The notes beneath the pieces are model-generated. The model saw only the letters and a program-made list of their open reading frames with translations. It was not told the origin of the DNA and ran no database searches. Made by a program: the position numbers and the translations under genes. A stretch of DNA of 64,000 bases from Lytechinus pictus (Eukaryota): positions 6,448,001 to 6,512,000 of the forward strand of contig NC_087255.1 of NCBI RefSeq assembly GCF_037042905.1, in the 5' to 3' direction. Numbering within the stretch: position 1 is the stretch's first letter; each line of letters starts with the position of its first letter. Positions 40,034 through 51,944 of the stretch are shown one piece after another.

Positions 40034-42544
40034 CGTAATTTGACTTTTCCTGGATGAATCAAAACATACATCAGTTTAATAAAAACAAATGTAAAACAGG
40101 GTGTTCCGTACAAAGTCTGTTAGATGGCGGTTTCTATGAATTACAAGAGTGCAAAACCTGCAAATCCTGCGGCAGAGGGGTACACAACCTTTACATGCAG
40201 ATAGTCGTGGGGGTTGGATGGCTGTTGAAGCTTCAGAAGCAGTGGATTGTGCTTTCACCCAGTAGCGACCATGCAGAGTTAATACTGGGAGGATGACTGA
40301 CTGCAGGGGTGTAGTAACCAGTGACTGATCTAGTGATAAAAAAGAATAGGTCCATAAAGGCAATACTGACGGACACCACTCAATAACTGGATTTGCGAGT
40401 ATTCGTTGCATGAAATGCTTTTCAGATTAACACAAATGAAAGAACAAGGAAGGTTGTTTAACAAGCAAGATGCAACAGCAGGAAATGTGACTATCAACAG
40501 AGAAGGGCTTCCAATGACAAAGATACTGACGAAGACTGTTCATGATAGAGCAGTGTCCTATCTTAATGACCAACACAGTTCAGCTTCAACAACGAAGATA
40601 ACCAGAAAAGATCTTCAAAAAACTATGTTAAGAAGCAGCAAGTGGTACCACTCTCAGAGAGAAATTTTCAAGGTCAAAGATATTGAGGAAGACACTGTTG
40701 TACAAACTGGTTCAACTAACCAGAATCTACCTAGTTAGCCAAGAATGTTCTCATAAATCATGATATTTTACCAACATGTCACAAGTTTGGAGGGCAGCAA
40801 TACTGAGGAGGACTATTCTTAAACCAAGTTAAGATCTCCAAGATAGCGCACCGTCTTGTAAACCAACAGCTCCCTGGTTAGTAGAGTGTGCTCATCAATT
40901 ATATAGCTGAAAAAATGACTTCAGGGGCAATGATACTGAGGATGGCTGATCTACAATCTTGTTCAAGAACTATAAATAACAACAAATTATCTTTGAATAA
41001 ATAGTCCACCAATGATTCAGGATTCACATGCATATACTCGCTCATCGAAACCCTGCTCTAAAGGGATGGGATGTCAACGAGAAAAAAGAACGAGTAAAAC
41101 GTGCTTACTAAACGGGGTAGCACCTGTTAAACCCTTTATGAATTGAAACATTGAATGGTATTATGGGGTCACTTTATTCGTCCTACACGAAAGAAAACAT
41201 TAAATCCTAGTACATCATGGAAATTAAATGAACAAAACTCACAGCTCTATTGTTATTTCGCCGTAGTGTTAACGGGACGATTCATCTCCGGCATGCCCTA
41301 TGGTATAAGAGTGGCTTGGATCGACGAAAGGTAAAGCGAACCACACTATAATTAAATCGCCATCATTTTGAGATGGCCTATATTTAGGTGGACGCAATTC
41401 GTTACAGCCACGGCATGCATTGTTACCATGGCGGAAGCTGATGGGCTATCCTTGGCGTTAAAACAGTATATGGACAAAACAGAAAGGAAATGGATCTCAA
41501 AATGATGGAATGGATGACCATAAATGATTATCTTATGAAACACAGAAACCAAATATGTTGGAAAGCAATTTCGATAGAACGCATGATTCCTCCCCTTTAT
41601 CACTTTTTACACCACAGAAGATACATATAACAAATCTTTTCATACTCAAGACCCGTGTCTCAGTATTTTCAACCGATTGCTGGACCCCCAATAAAATATA
41701 GTACCGGAAATACTGGAATATCCCTCCTCAAAAAAAGTAACACCATAAAACATACAACATAAATAATACAAAAATTATCATAATCAAGATCAGTATTTTA
41801 ACCGCATTGCCAGAAAAAAAAATGGAAAAAAGGACAATGCGTCTTCCTTATTGCCATTTTCGATAACCGTGCTGGTGCAATAAAAGGTTTTACGATTATT
41901 AGCAAATTCAAAGGGTTTGTTTCGATACCTATCAGGATTAGATATGAACATACTTAGCTGAACCTTCAACACCGTATAAATATCGGTATTAAAACTACAC
42001 CAGTTAGTTCTCTAAGAGGAGCACACCACACATGTTACACCAGTGTTGAATTTCAAGGAGTTGGTTAAGCACCAATTGGTGTTACTATCACATATTCTGT
42101 TTGTTATTTTGATTTTTCTTTGTTTTATTTTTTGCTTCAAATTCCATTGTGTATTCTTAACACCTGAGGGTGGACCCTCCCAGAAAACCGATTGGTGTTG
42201 TTCTCAGCTCCATATTTTTTTAATAAAGGGCGGCGCCATAGGGCTGACATGGGACGACCGCTCCCTGTGATTTTTTAAGTGGGGAAAAAGAGGGGTAAAG
42301 GAAGAAAAAAGAAACGAGAGAAAGAAGAAAGACTGACATAAAATTGAAATTTTGGGGCCGTTTAAAGGGACATCCCGGGCTGAAAATAACAATATCGACA
42401 TAAATAGAGTAAAATTCACTTAGCAAAATGCTATAAAAATGTAACAGAAGCAGATATAAATAATTCAGTTCAGTTCAGTTTCGGTTCAGGTGATATCAGT
42501 TTAGCGATTGTATCGTTTAATATTGTACACTGTTAGCAGAAGCA

Positions 42545-42734
42545 GAGGTGCCGTGGCCGAGTGGTCTAAGGCGCCTTGCTATACATGGAAAGTCCGTGGC
42601 TCGATCCCCGGCCGTGGCACCTATGCCCGTGAGCAAGGCATTAAATCTACAATGCTCTTTTATCCTGCTTTCAAATAAATGGAAATGCTATATGCATTAT
42701 TGGTAACTAGGTATGCACTTGTTTAAAAAAAAAA
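42545..42734 (+). mobile_element. tRNA-derived SINE family A, copy 2
   Basis: GAGGTGCCGTGGCCGAGTGGTCTAAGGCG...GGCTCGATCCCCGGCCGTGGCACC head, about 110-bp body, poly-A tail. Confidence 0.87.
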
Positions 42735-42976
42735 CACTGTAAAAACTCCAGTGTTGATTTAACACCAGCCCGGAATCAATATCTGTCCACACCAGAGCAG
42801 TATTGAAATAACACCAGTTTGGAGTCAATCCGATGCTGTTTTAATACTAATTGGTGTTGTATAAACACATATCTGGTGTTAGACCAAAACCAAACTGGTG
42901 TTGTTTAACACTTCTGTGGTCTGGACAGATATAGATTCCGGGCTGGTGTTAAATCAACACCGGAGTTTTTGCAGTG
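42735..42976. mobile_element. CAC-terminated foldback MITE, AACACC-repeat type, copy 2
   Basis: CACTGTAAAAACTCCAGTGTTGATTTAACACCAGCCCGGAATC...GATTCCGGGCTGGTGTTAAATCAACACCGGAGTTTTTGCAGTG. Abuts the SINE A poly-A tail. Confidence 0.85.
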
Positions 42977-45900
42977 TACTTCATGACATTATGTCTAAAT
43001 TGACTAAGTGTTAACAGTTAAAACTCTATTTTTAGGACAACGGAATATTTCTATTTCCACAATAATACCAATGCAGGACAGTTTGGTGACTTTAATACGC
43101 TGAGTAATAGAATATGACAATCTAGTAATTTAATTAAATCTCATAAAATCTCATAATTGTCGAATATTCTATGATATATCTCAGGTTTTAGGTGGTAAAG
43201 TACCCGCATAATATGAAGTGATGTCTATTCTTTGTATTTATGATGTTGCGTTTTCCGTTTAATGAATGTTAGGTTTTGTCATATATGCTGTCATATTTTT
43301 ATGCTGTTTTTATTCAAGGCGTCGTATTTTCCATAAAAAATAGCCTTTCTCAATAAACAAATTAAATGTTAACCTGTGTTACTTGGAGCATGGGAAAATT
43401 TTTTTTTTATGGGAAACCGGTAAATCCGGAGAATAGACAAAACGAATGGTTTAATATCATTTATTTTATACATGTAGAGTATATTTTTATTATCCAGAAA
43501 AGCAGTCCTGTCAAGCTTGTTAGTCTCCTCTTTCACAACGTATCTCCCATTCTCTCTCTTCTCCCCTCTCCCTTTTCTTTCCATTCTTCTCTCTTTCTGT
43601 CCCTTCCTCCCCCATCCTCTCTCATTCTCTCTCTCTTTGTCAAGCATTTTGAGGTCTATCCCACGGTTCCCACCCTCTCTTCTTTTTCTCTCATCTCTCC
43701 ATCAACATCTTATAACTCCTTCTCTCCTCGCCATTCGCTACATCGCTCCAATTCTGCATTTTCATTCACTGTCGAGATAATGAAAATACTCCCTTTTCGC
43801 ATATATTCACAGCTTTCCGTAGGAGGTAGTATCATAAAATCTGTCTGAATAGAAAGGATCTTCTTTTGATTTTCGATGAAAGCATGCCGACTGGGGTATT
43901 AGCCTACATGTCTACGTATAAATCAAACTACGCAATATTTTTGGTTTGCATCGTGTATCAATATACGGACTGCTCTTTTCAAATTTAAGATTGTCAGAAC
44001 TTATTTAGGCTGATTTAAGACGTGCAACGTAAGCTGAAGTTAGGTTGTATACCGGCAGACGTGTGCAGAAATCCCAGACGAATTTGGGGGAGGGAAAAGG
44101 CGGGCAAATATGGATTATTTATTAGGCATCGTAGTACATGTTTGAAGAAACACATATGACGTATAATAAACTGGTAACATTAAGTATAAATCCAAGAAGA
44201 TATAAATGTGGCCTACTTTATTAGAAGTGTAAAATATACCAGCATATAGGTACACTGTATGCGTGATGTTTAAACATATATAAATCCTGTAAAATAAAGA
44301 TATTGTCCCGAAATTCGTAAATGTAACCTACATCATTATGACAAAATGACAAGTTTTTAAATTCATTAGAGGCCATTAAGAGAGTATTTGCACTGACGTC
44401 ATAAAATATTAATAAACTTATTAGATAGTTTATTACCTGTCCTCTATATTCGTTGATTTTTTCCCGCCATTTTTTCAGTATTTTCTTCGGCTTCTATTAA
44501 AACAAACATCAAATAGTCATTTTTTTTGTTCTGAGCCTATCAAAAGCAAGAACTTAAGTATATAGCTTACAACAAGTTGCCACAGTGACAAATAACCGAC
44601 GATTTTGTTTTATAAAATGCAGGATTGATCCGTCCCTTTAAAGAAAAAAAATGCAAGATGGTAGGAGGTAATAAGACACGTCACTTACTCCGATAACTCT
44701 CTCAAATACCGACTACAATCACTCAAAATTGAAATTTTCGCCATCGATTCTATGAAAATGAGCGGGTTGATTTTAAAAGTGCGGGTATTATCTATGGGAA
44801 ATCATCTAAAGAAACAAAAAAAAAACTAAAAATTTTCCAAAATGCATGAACATTAATTAGTCGGGTCGTTTTAACCGTAGTTCGTCTGCAACTATTTTTT
44901 TCCCCACTAACAACGTGGTCTAATGGCCAATCAGCCTTGGCATTGACTGGGATGTATGTAATTATAACATAATATGATATAAAACAACAACAAAGAACAT
45001 ATTATTCTAAGCTAGACTCTTCTGGACTGATTTCACAACTCTATTCGTCCACAATACATCACATTCCATTCACTTGAAATAAGTACATATATTTTTACGG
45101 AATATATCTGCCAAAAAACATGCTTCGTGGTGGTAGGCCTGCCCATTCAAGTTACAGATAAAGTAATAAATACCTAATTAAATACAAAGAAATGTGAGTA
45201 GCACAGCCAATTCTAATTCCCCTGATTTTTAATGAACACCATGAAAAAATAGAAATACAAACATCCATTAAAATGAGTCCATAAATTAAGTCTTTATAGC
45301 AAACAAGCATTAGGCGTTTTATAAATGTGATATATCATTAAATTGTTATCCTTTCTAATGTTAGGGTTACGGTTGAAACAAAAGTAGATGATTTTGTCAG
45401 ATCTGGCAATGGTGGGACCAGGGTACGGGGGGGGGGGGGTAAGATGGCCTGAAGGGGACGTCATTGTTTTCTTCAACTAAATAACAAGGATATCACCAAG
45501 AGTATTATTAATCGACGAAATCATTAAAAATTGACTGGATAAAGTGTGGTAAAGATCATACTAATATGGTTAAATTAAAATAAGACACAGGGGTGAAAAT
45601 GTACCAAATACTCACAGCAACGGTTTGACTTTGTTTGTCATCTTTTGGTTTCAGATGTGTGGAGGGGCGATGCTGTCCCATCGCGAGGCCGCATGATTCG
45701 TAAATAATCCAAATTATAAATTCCACCTTGGTTTGCCGTGCGCCCAATCAGAGGTTTGCCACAGACACGAAAATCCAAATTTAGCCACTTCCAATGTACC
45801 GGTATTATTAAAGGATGCCAAATCCAGTCGTGCGGTTTGACCCATTACTTTGCCCGCCTAAATGCAACTGGTGCCCATTTACCCACTCGCTGGTGAAATC

Positions 45901-46562
45901 AAGCATGCAGTCCCACGCATTGATAATCATGTTTCCATCCTTCCCCGTCCGGTCGCGTGTCGAGGTCCATTCACCCAGTTCGCTCGTCGACTTAACTCTC
46001 AAGTAATCATTACAACCACTATATTTCTCTCTTCTCTCCCTCCATCTCTCTCATTCTCTCTCCCTCCATCCATCGGCTCGTTAACGAAACAATGTCGTTT
46101 AGCTCGTGTTGAAATGACGTACACTGCGTGTTCGCGCCTCTGTGATTTATGTAGAAGAATTCACAAGTCCTCTTGTGCATTGGAGGGCATACATCAAGAG
46201 CACAGGTCGTGAAAGACTTTAAATTGAGATGCCAAACGAAATAAAGAGGCAATGATATCCCAAGCATTGTCTGTCAAATGATTGCAATATAAAGACGCAT
46301 ATAATGCAACAACAATACCATGTTAGTAGTGGCATAAAGAGCTGGAGAAAAATATTGAGAAGCTGGCACGACCGCTGACACAAAGGGCAATTTCCAAGGA
46401 GGTCGATTTTTCGTCTTCGAGTCCTTTATTGGATGTTTGTCAGTTTTTGCTTCATGAACATTTTGCAAAATTGAGTGGTACCAGACTTTAATACCTCTAC
46501 CGGTCAGAGTTCATAATACTGTAGTCGACCAACACATAATTAACAAAAGATTAAGATACATC

Positions 46563-46749
46563 ACATTATGAATACCACAAACAGGTAAATAGGTGAGTGA
46601 ATAAGCCTAAATAAATACTGCCATACATAATATTTATACAAAAATAAAAATATTGACATTATGAATACCACAAACAGGTAAATAGGTGAGTGAATAAGCC
46701 TAAATAAATACTGCCATACATAATATTTATACAAAAATAAAAATATTGA
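46563..46749. repeat. Apparently perfect tandem duplication, 93-bp unit x2
   Basis: ACATTATGAATACCACAAACAGG...AAAATATTG repeated directly. Confidence 0.9.
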
Positions 46750-47504
46750 TTTTAAACTAGGTCTATATAACTGACTAAATAAGCAAGCACATAAATAATA
46801 AATTAATAATCCAACCACTCCAACAAATACCAAAATAATGTGCAGTTATAGCGCAATGGATGGTGCCGGTGCATATTAATAAGGGAGGGTAGGAGGGGGG
46901 GGGGTGTGGGGACACGACATTTTTTTCTTAATTCATCTACAGGGGTATTATTGAGTTGCATGACCAAAAACCTCTTTCGATGCTGTTCTTTCTTCCCTCT
47001 TCCCTTTATTCCTCTTCCCTTCTTTTCCCATCTGTCTTTCAAATTATGGTAGGGGGGGGCGGTCGCCCCTACTCCTGTAGCCTCGACTCTGATGTTGGGT
47101 ATACAAGTCTGTCGATGGCTTTCCTCTATCTTGTATTACATTCCCACGAATTATGAAAGCGGTGGTTTTAACGGTACTGGGTTTGTTTTTTATTGTGTTT
47201 CATGTTTCTATTTATGTACTTGAATAGAGGAAATTAAAATTCTTGGAGACAAAGTACACAACTGCAAAAGTATATATTTTCCACAGAGGTATATATATAT
47301 CTCCATGACATTTTCAAGTTTAGTATTTCTAAGATTACGGCATCATTTCCGGGAAAATACCGAAAGTGAATAGCTTTGCAGATTCAATATGCCATTTTTA
47401 ATGTTCCTATAAAATTGTAAGAGTCGAGATTCAATTATTTTACCAAGTATACCTTTAGAACTGTGGCATTCAATATTCCGAGAAAAAAAGTAAGATTGTC
47501 TACA

Positions 47505-47600
47505 CATTTATTTATTTATTTATTTATTTATTTATTTCTGATATTTTGACAGGGTAGCCCATTCACCAATAAGTAGTGGTCTTCCATAGGGCCCTGAATA
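47505..47600 (-). mobile_element. Isolated LINE-like 3' end (stem-loop plus (TAAA)n tail)
   Basis: Minus strand reads CAGGGCCCTATGGAAGACCAC...GGGCTACCCTG...AAATAAATAAATAAA. A comparable plus-strand tail at about 21070-21255 ends (GAAAT)n. Confidence 0.45.
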
Positions 47601-49675
47601 ACAATAAACATATTTACAAAATGCATAACGTATGTACAGAATGTTACGGCATTAAGATTCACATTAGGATTTGAATGTAAAACGAAACATTAACATTTAT
47701 GGTAGTTCTGTTTTAAGCCTACTCAAAAAATTGGATTACCATCCCCATTTCCTTTAAATCTCCATCTTGTGCCGGGGTTTAGAGCGGAAGAACGGATGGC
47801 CTACAACCTTTCCGACTACACCATCCAATCCCAAATGCATCCTCCATCTCTCTACTCCCCTCCAGCCCCCATTGGCGTTCCTCCCAAATCTCATCTGGCT
47901 CCAGTAGCCGTATCGTCGCGTTGCAAAGCTTGCAGCACCTTTCCAGTTAATTAAATAAACCCACTTTAGCCGTCTTAATGAAAGCTACCGGTCTATTTAG
48001 AGTGACACGTTGCCCTATCAACCCCTTACCTATATCATTACGAGTTAAGTCCATCACCAGGCCGTAGTCTAATCAGTTATCCCTTTTCCCGAGAGGTGAT
48101 GTTGAGGCACTTACAACACAGTAAAAAAAAACAACCTTTCATGGAATATTCAATATATCAAATTTCAAGAATCAATATTCAATACATTCAATTTCATGGA
48201 ATATTCGATTTATTTCACGGAATACCACTTTCGCCAACAACATAAGGCTCGCGTCATAATTCCAGGGACAAGTTCGAAGAAAAGGTAAATTGTACAGGAC
48301 GTTTCACTCTTGAAATTTATAAATCTACACCGGGGGCATTATCATTCGGGGAGGAAGGGGAGGGGTGGGCACGGTGGGCTGTGTGATAAATATGATGATA
48401 AAGGGATATGGTATCGCGAAATGACCGAATGATCAATTATTTTATCTCTCATCACAGGTCATTCGTTATTTATTTTCTTTTGTTATCACAAGTTCTACAA
48501 CTTCATGGAAGACGGGCGGGCGGGGGGGGGGGGGGGGGGGGGGGGGTAGGAGTGACAGTTGCCCCGCTGCAACTCGAAACGCACAGTATACGTGACATAC
48601 AGATGATTATGATAAGTGTACGTCAATAGCTATTATCTGCACAGACAGTGATCATATCAACAATAATAAACTGATGCGACACTATCTCATGACGATTACC
48701 ACAAACTTTTGTATGATCACGGCAGACGATAAACAATTTGTTTCCGGCCGTGTTTGGCATCATATCAGATATCTTAAACGATCATGTTTAATACTACTAC
48801 CCTAGTCAAACCGATGTTCACATTCACACCAGCGAAACAGAATCCAAACCAAATTGGAATTAACGCGATAGATTTGGTCGGGCTCGAGTCAACTCTTAAA
48901 AATACATAGTCAAATTGACTATCTGACTCCTTTAGAATATGGACCTAAAAAAAAATACTTATTTCTAGTCTTTGAACTGGAAGTATAAAGTGCAAACCAT
49001 ATTGACTAGATACTCGTCAAAATTAATAGAATTCGGGTCGAAATTACTAAAATCTAATCACATATATTATGTGATCCGTAAATCAAGTCAAAACCTGACA
49101 AGGTATTTTTCAAGAGAGACTTGGCCCTAAGAGATGCTATTTATCAGAGTATATTTTCTACGGTTGGTGGAACGGGAGGGTGAGGGGTTTGGACAGGGGG
49201 TAAAGACTAAAATTTAAAAAAGTGTTACCGAGTTTATTAATTGACCAGGAGGTTGCACTAGATAATGAATACAATATGTCTATCGATTCCCCCTAATGTC
49301 TAATCCCTTTCTTTCAACATCTCCAGTCGAATATTAAAGGGGAGGGGATGGGCCCCTGTGTTACGCCATCGACTCTTCATCTCTTTCTATTCCGCAGGCA
49401 TGTAGGGAATCCGCAGCCATAGGTCAACTCAAGACATTAATGGCGGATTTCCGATGCGAGGCAGAGGCTCTCGTAATGGATTAAAGGGCACCAGGTAATT
49501 GGAGCTAATATGCCGACACCATCTCGATTGCTTCGGAGGATGTTTTAAAGACACAATCGGTCGGCTGTCAACGCACGATGTCGAGCATCACCTTTTAGTA
49601 AATGCGGTGTTTTCAAGAGGTGCTTTTAGTTTTCTTGTTTCACATCCTTTGAAATCTTCATATTACTAGTCACAG

Positions 49676-50094
49676 GGGGTGTTGCAAGAAAATATTTGCA
49701 ATCAATTGCAAATATTCTGTTGCAATTTAACAACTGATATATCAATTTTAGCTATAGCAAATCGGATTACACTCATTGTTTCAAGGAGCAGATAAGCAAT
49801 CAATCGCAAGATATATTATCGATATAGGGACAACAAAAAAGATTTGCAATTTGGTTTGGTTTGGTTTTATTTACCGTATAAAAATCACAATAAAATACAT
49901 TGCACAGGTTATGAGATTATATATAAATATATAAACATGCACATAAAAATATACGGATGGATCACTCTATTCAGAGCCATTGATATAATGGCTCTGTTCT
50001 TCCTAGAGTCCATAGAAATGTAGATAGAGAGAGAAAGGAGGGGAGTGAAAAGATAAAAATGAGATACTTGATCGCAAGTTAGTTGCAACACCCC
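49676..50094. mobile_element. MITE with GGGGTGTTGCAA TIRs and internal filler
   Basis: GGGGTGTTGCAAG...AGTTGCAACACCCC; repeated TTGCAAT motifs. Confidence 0.65.
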
Positions 50095-51104
50095 AATCGA
50101 CATAGAACATAGAAATATAGATAGAGAGAGAAAGGAGGGGAGTGAAAAGAAAAAAATGGGATAGAGAGAGGGAGAGAGAGAGATAAAGATGAAGAGAGAG
50201 AGATAGAGAGGGGGAGGGGGGGGGGCACATACACACAGACAGAAACAAATAGAGTAATTGTAAGAGAGAGAGAGAGAGAGAGAGGGGGAGAGACGAACAG
50301 AGGGTCAGACAGAGAGAGTAATGCAAGATGAAACTCTAGGGGATGGGACCTGACAAAGGAAATGACAATAAGAAGATTTATTATAATTTTGTCGGTCATA
50401 TATAGTCCCCCCCAAAAAAGAGAATTCGTTTAATCGGCGGTAGATGTGAACGTACTTCCTGTACATAATCTACCGCCGAAAACAAGAGGGCGGGCTTTAC
50501 GTTGCTTTAAGACACATGGAGTGACTTGAAAATGACTTCCCCTTTTCCCCAACGATATCAAGAATCTTTTATTGGACTAATGCAACAGGCCTGTAAATAC
50601 ATATCATATTGAATATCGTTTTACACATAGACATCTGAGATTGGCAGGTTTGATGTTTGATATGTTTTGCACGCAGAGATGTGAACTTATAACGGTATTG
50701 CTGTAATGAAACTCTATTGGTAATTATAATAACATATCGAAGCAGGTGTATAAAGGTATGAATTTGCACGTGACATAGATAAATTGTTGTGGTCAAGGAG
50801 ATATATGGTGTGCCGTCAATCGAATCCCTACATGTGACATTTTACATTATTGGGCAACACTCGGTCGATTAGTTAAGTAATATGCGTACCTAAAAACCGG
50901 TACGAGGTTCAGAACTTTAACATGAAAAAAAAAAGATTATCCCTTTATCTGACTGCAAGTTACTTAATTCATTAAAAAATGCATGGGAGAAAATTGTAAG
51001 GAATAAACCAAGCACTCTTATAAAAGAAATGCAGGGAGATGAGGAGTTTAGAGAGAGAACACTCAAAAGCAGACACTTTTTTAAAATTTATTCACTGTAT
51101 GGGG

Positions 51105-51382
51105 CACGGCCATATGCAGAAACTTTTGCTGATGGGGCAGAACGCGTAAACTTTTTCCAAAATAAATCAAACTCGAGAGTGAGAGAGCGAAGCGACTGAG
51201 TTTGTCATTGGGGTACTTTGTAATATTATGAGATGAAATTGAAAGATTTTGTGCATACTTTTGGTGAATTTTGTGAAAATTTTCACTAAAAATATAGCTT
51301 TCAAATATTTATGTGAAAATTTTCACTAAAAATGTAAGTTTCAAAAATTTATGCCCCCTGCCCCCTGCCGCGTACGGCCATG
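51105..51382. mobile_element. hAT-like MITE
   Basis: GTATGGGG|CACGGCCATATGC...GCGTACGGCCATG|GCATGGGG; 8-bp TSD with 7/8 match. Confidence 0.75.
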
Positions 51383-51805
51383 GCATGGGGCAAAATCTGG
51401 CATTTCTACATTTTGAGGACTTGTGCTATATGTTCAATAATTAATAATGGGGAAAGTATTGAAGTGATATATATACAGTATACCCTTATATATATTTTCT
51501 TTGTTTTAAAAACTTTGATGACGTCTGCTACAAAGACAATTTATTCACGACTCAACTCAAGTACACTAATCACGCAAAGCGTAACTGAAATAACTCGCGA
51601 AGTGACGTCACGAATCACATACTCTGTCTGGGGAGGTGCTTGTGACGTAGAAAAAAAATGAGAAATAGCGTGTATTAGCGTGAACAAGATAGGAAGAGAT
51701 TTAAAAATAAATCGCAAAAGAGAATTTATTCCACTAGACTTCAATCAAACTCCCTCCTTGCATATTAAATCAGCTGTAATCTCTTTTAACATTTCGCCAT
51801 TCCTC

Positions 51806-51944
51806 GGGAACGTTACATGAAAATGTTTTGTCAATGATTATCACCGATAAATGTTATAAGCTATTGCAAATCCTTGCACATGATTGGCTGAGAGCGAATT
51901 AGTCAGATAAAATCACTGACAAATCTTTTTCATGAAACGCTCCT
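51806..51944. mobile_element. Diverged relative of the 54170 MITE
   Basis: GGGAACGTTACATGAAA...TTTCATGAAACGCTCCT; internal TGATTGGCTGAGAG. Confidence 0.6.

Larger units (their letters stand above)
38681..40042 (-). mobile_element. Penelope-like retroelement (Penelope/Poseidon type), 5'-truncated, with inverted pseudo-LTR pair
   Basis: RT and GIY-YIG coding sequence on the minus strand. 38681-38869 is the reverse complement of 39854-40042 (189 bp, no mismatch seen by eye). An inverted 3' pLTR at a truncated 5' end is a known PLE architecture. No TSD seen. Confidence 0.93.

Noticed and set aside
40350-40380. VHKGNTDGHH resembling a USP His-box
   Set aside because: Too short, preceded by a stop, and no supporting Cys-box nearby.
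42547-42621. tRNA gene
   Set aside because: It has A/B boxes and an acceptor-like stem, but no proper anticodon arm. All three copies continue into the same body and A tail, so it is a SINE. The same applies to 60520.
48513-48546. Long poly-G run as a special G-quadruplex element
   Set aside because: G/C homopolymer runs are frequent throughout the window and often lie within MITEs, and their length is sequencing-sensitive.
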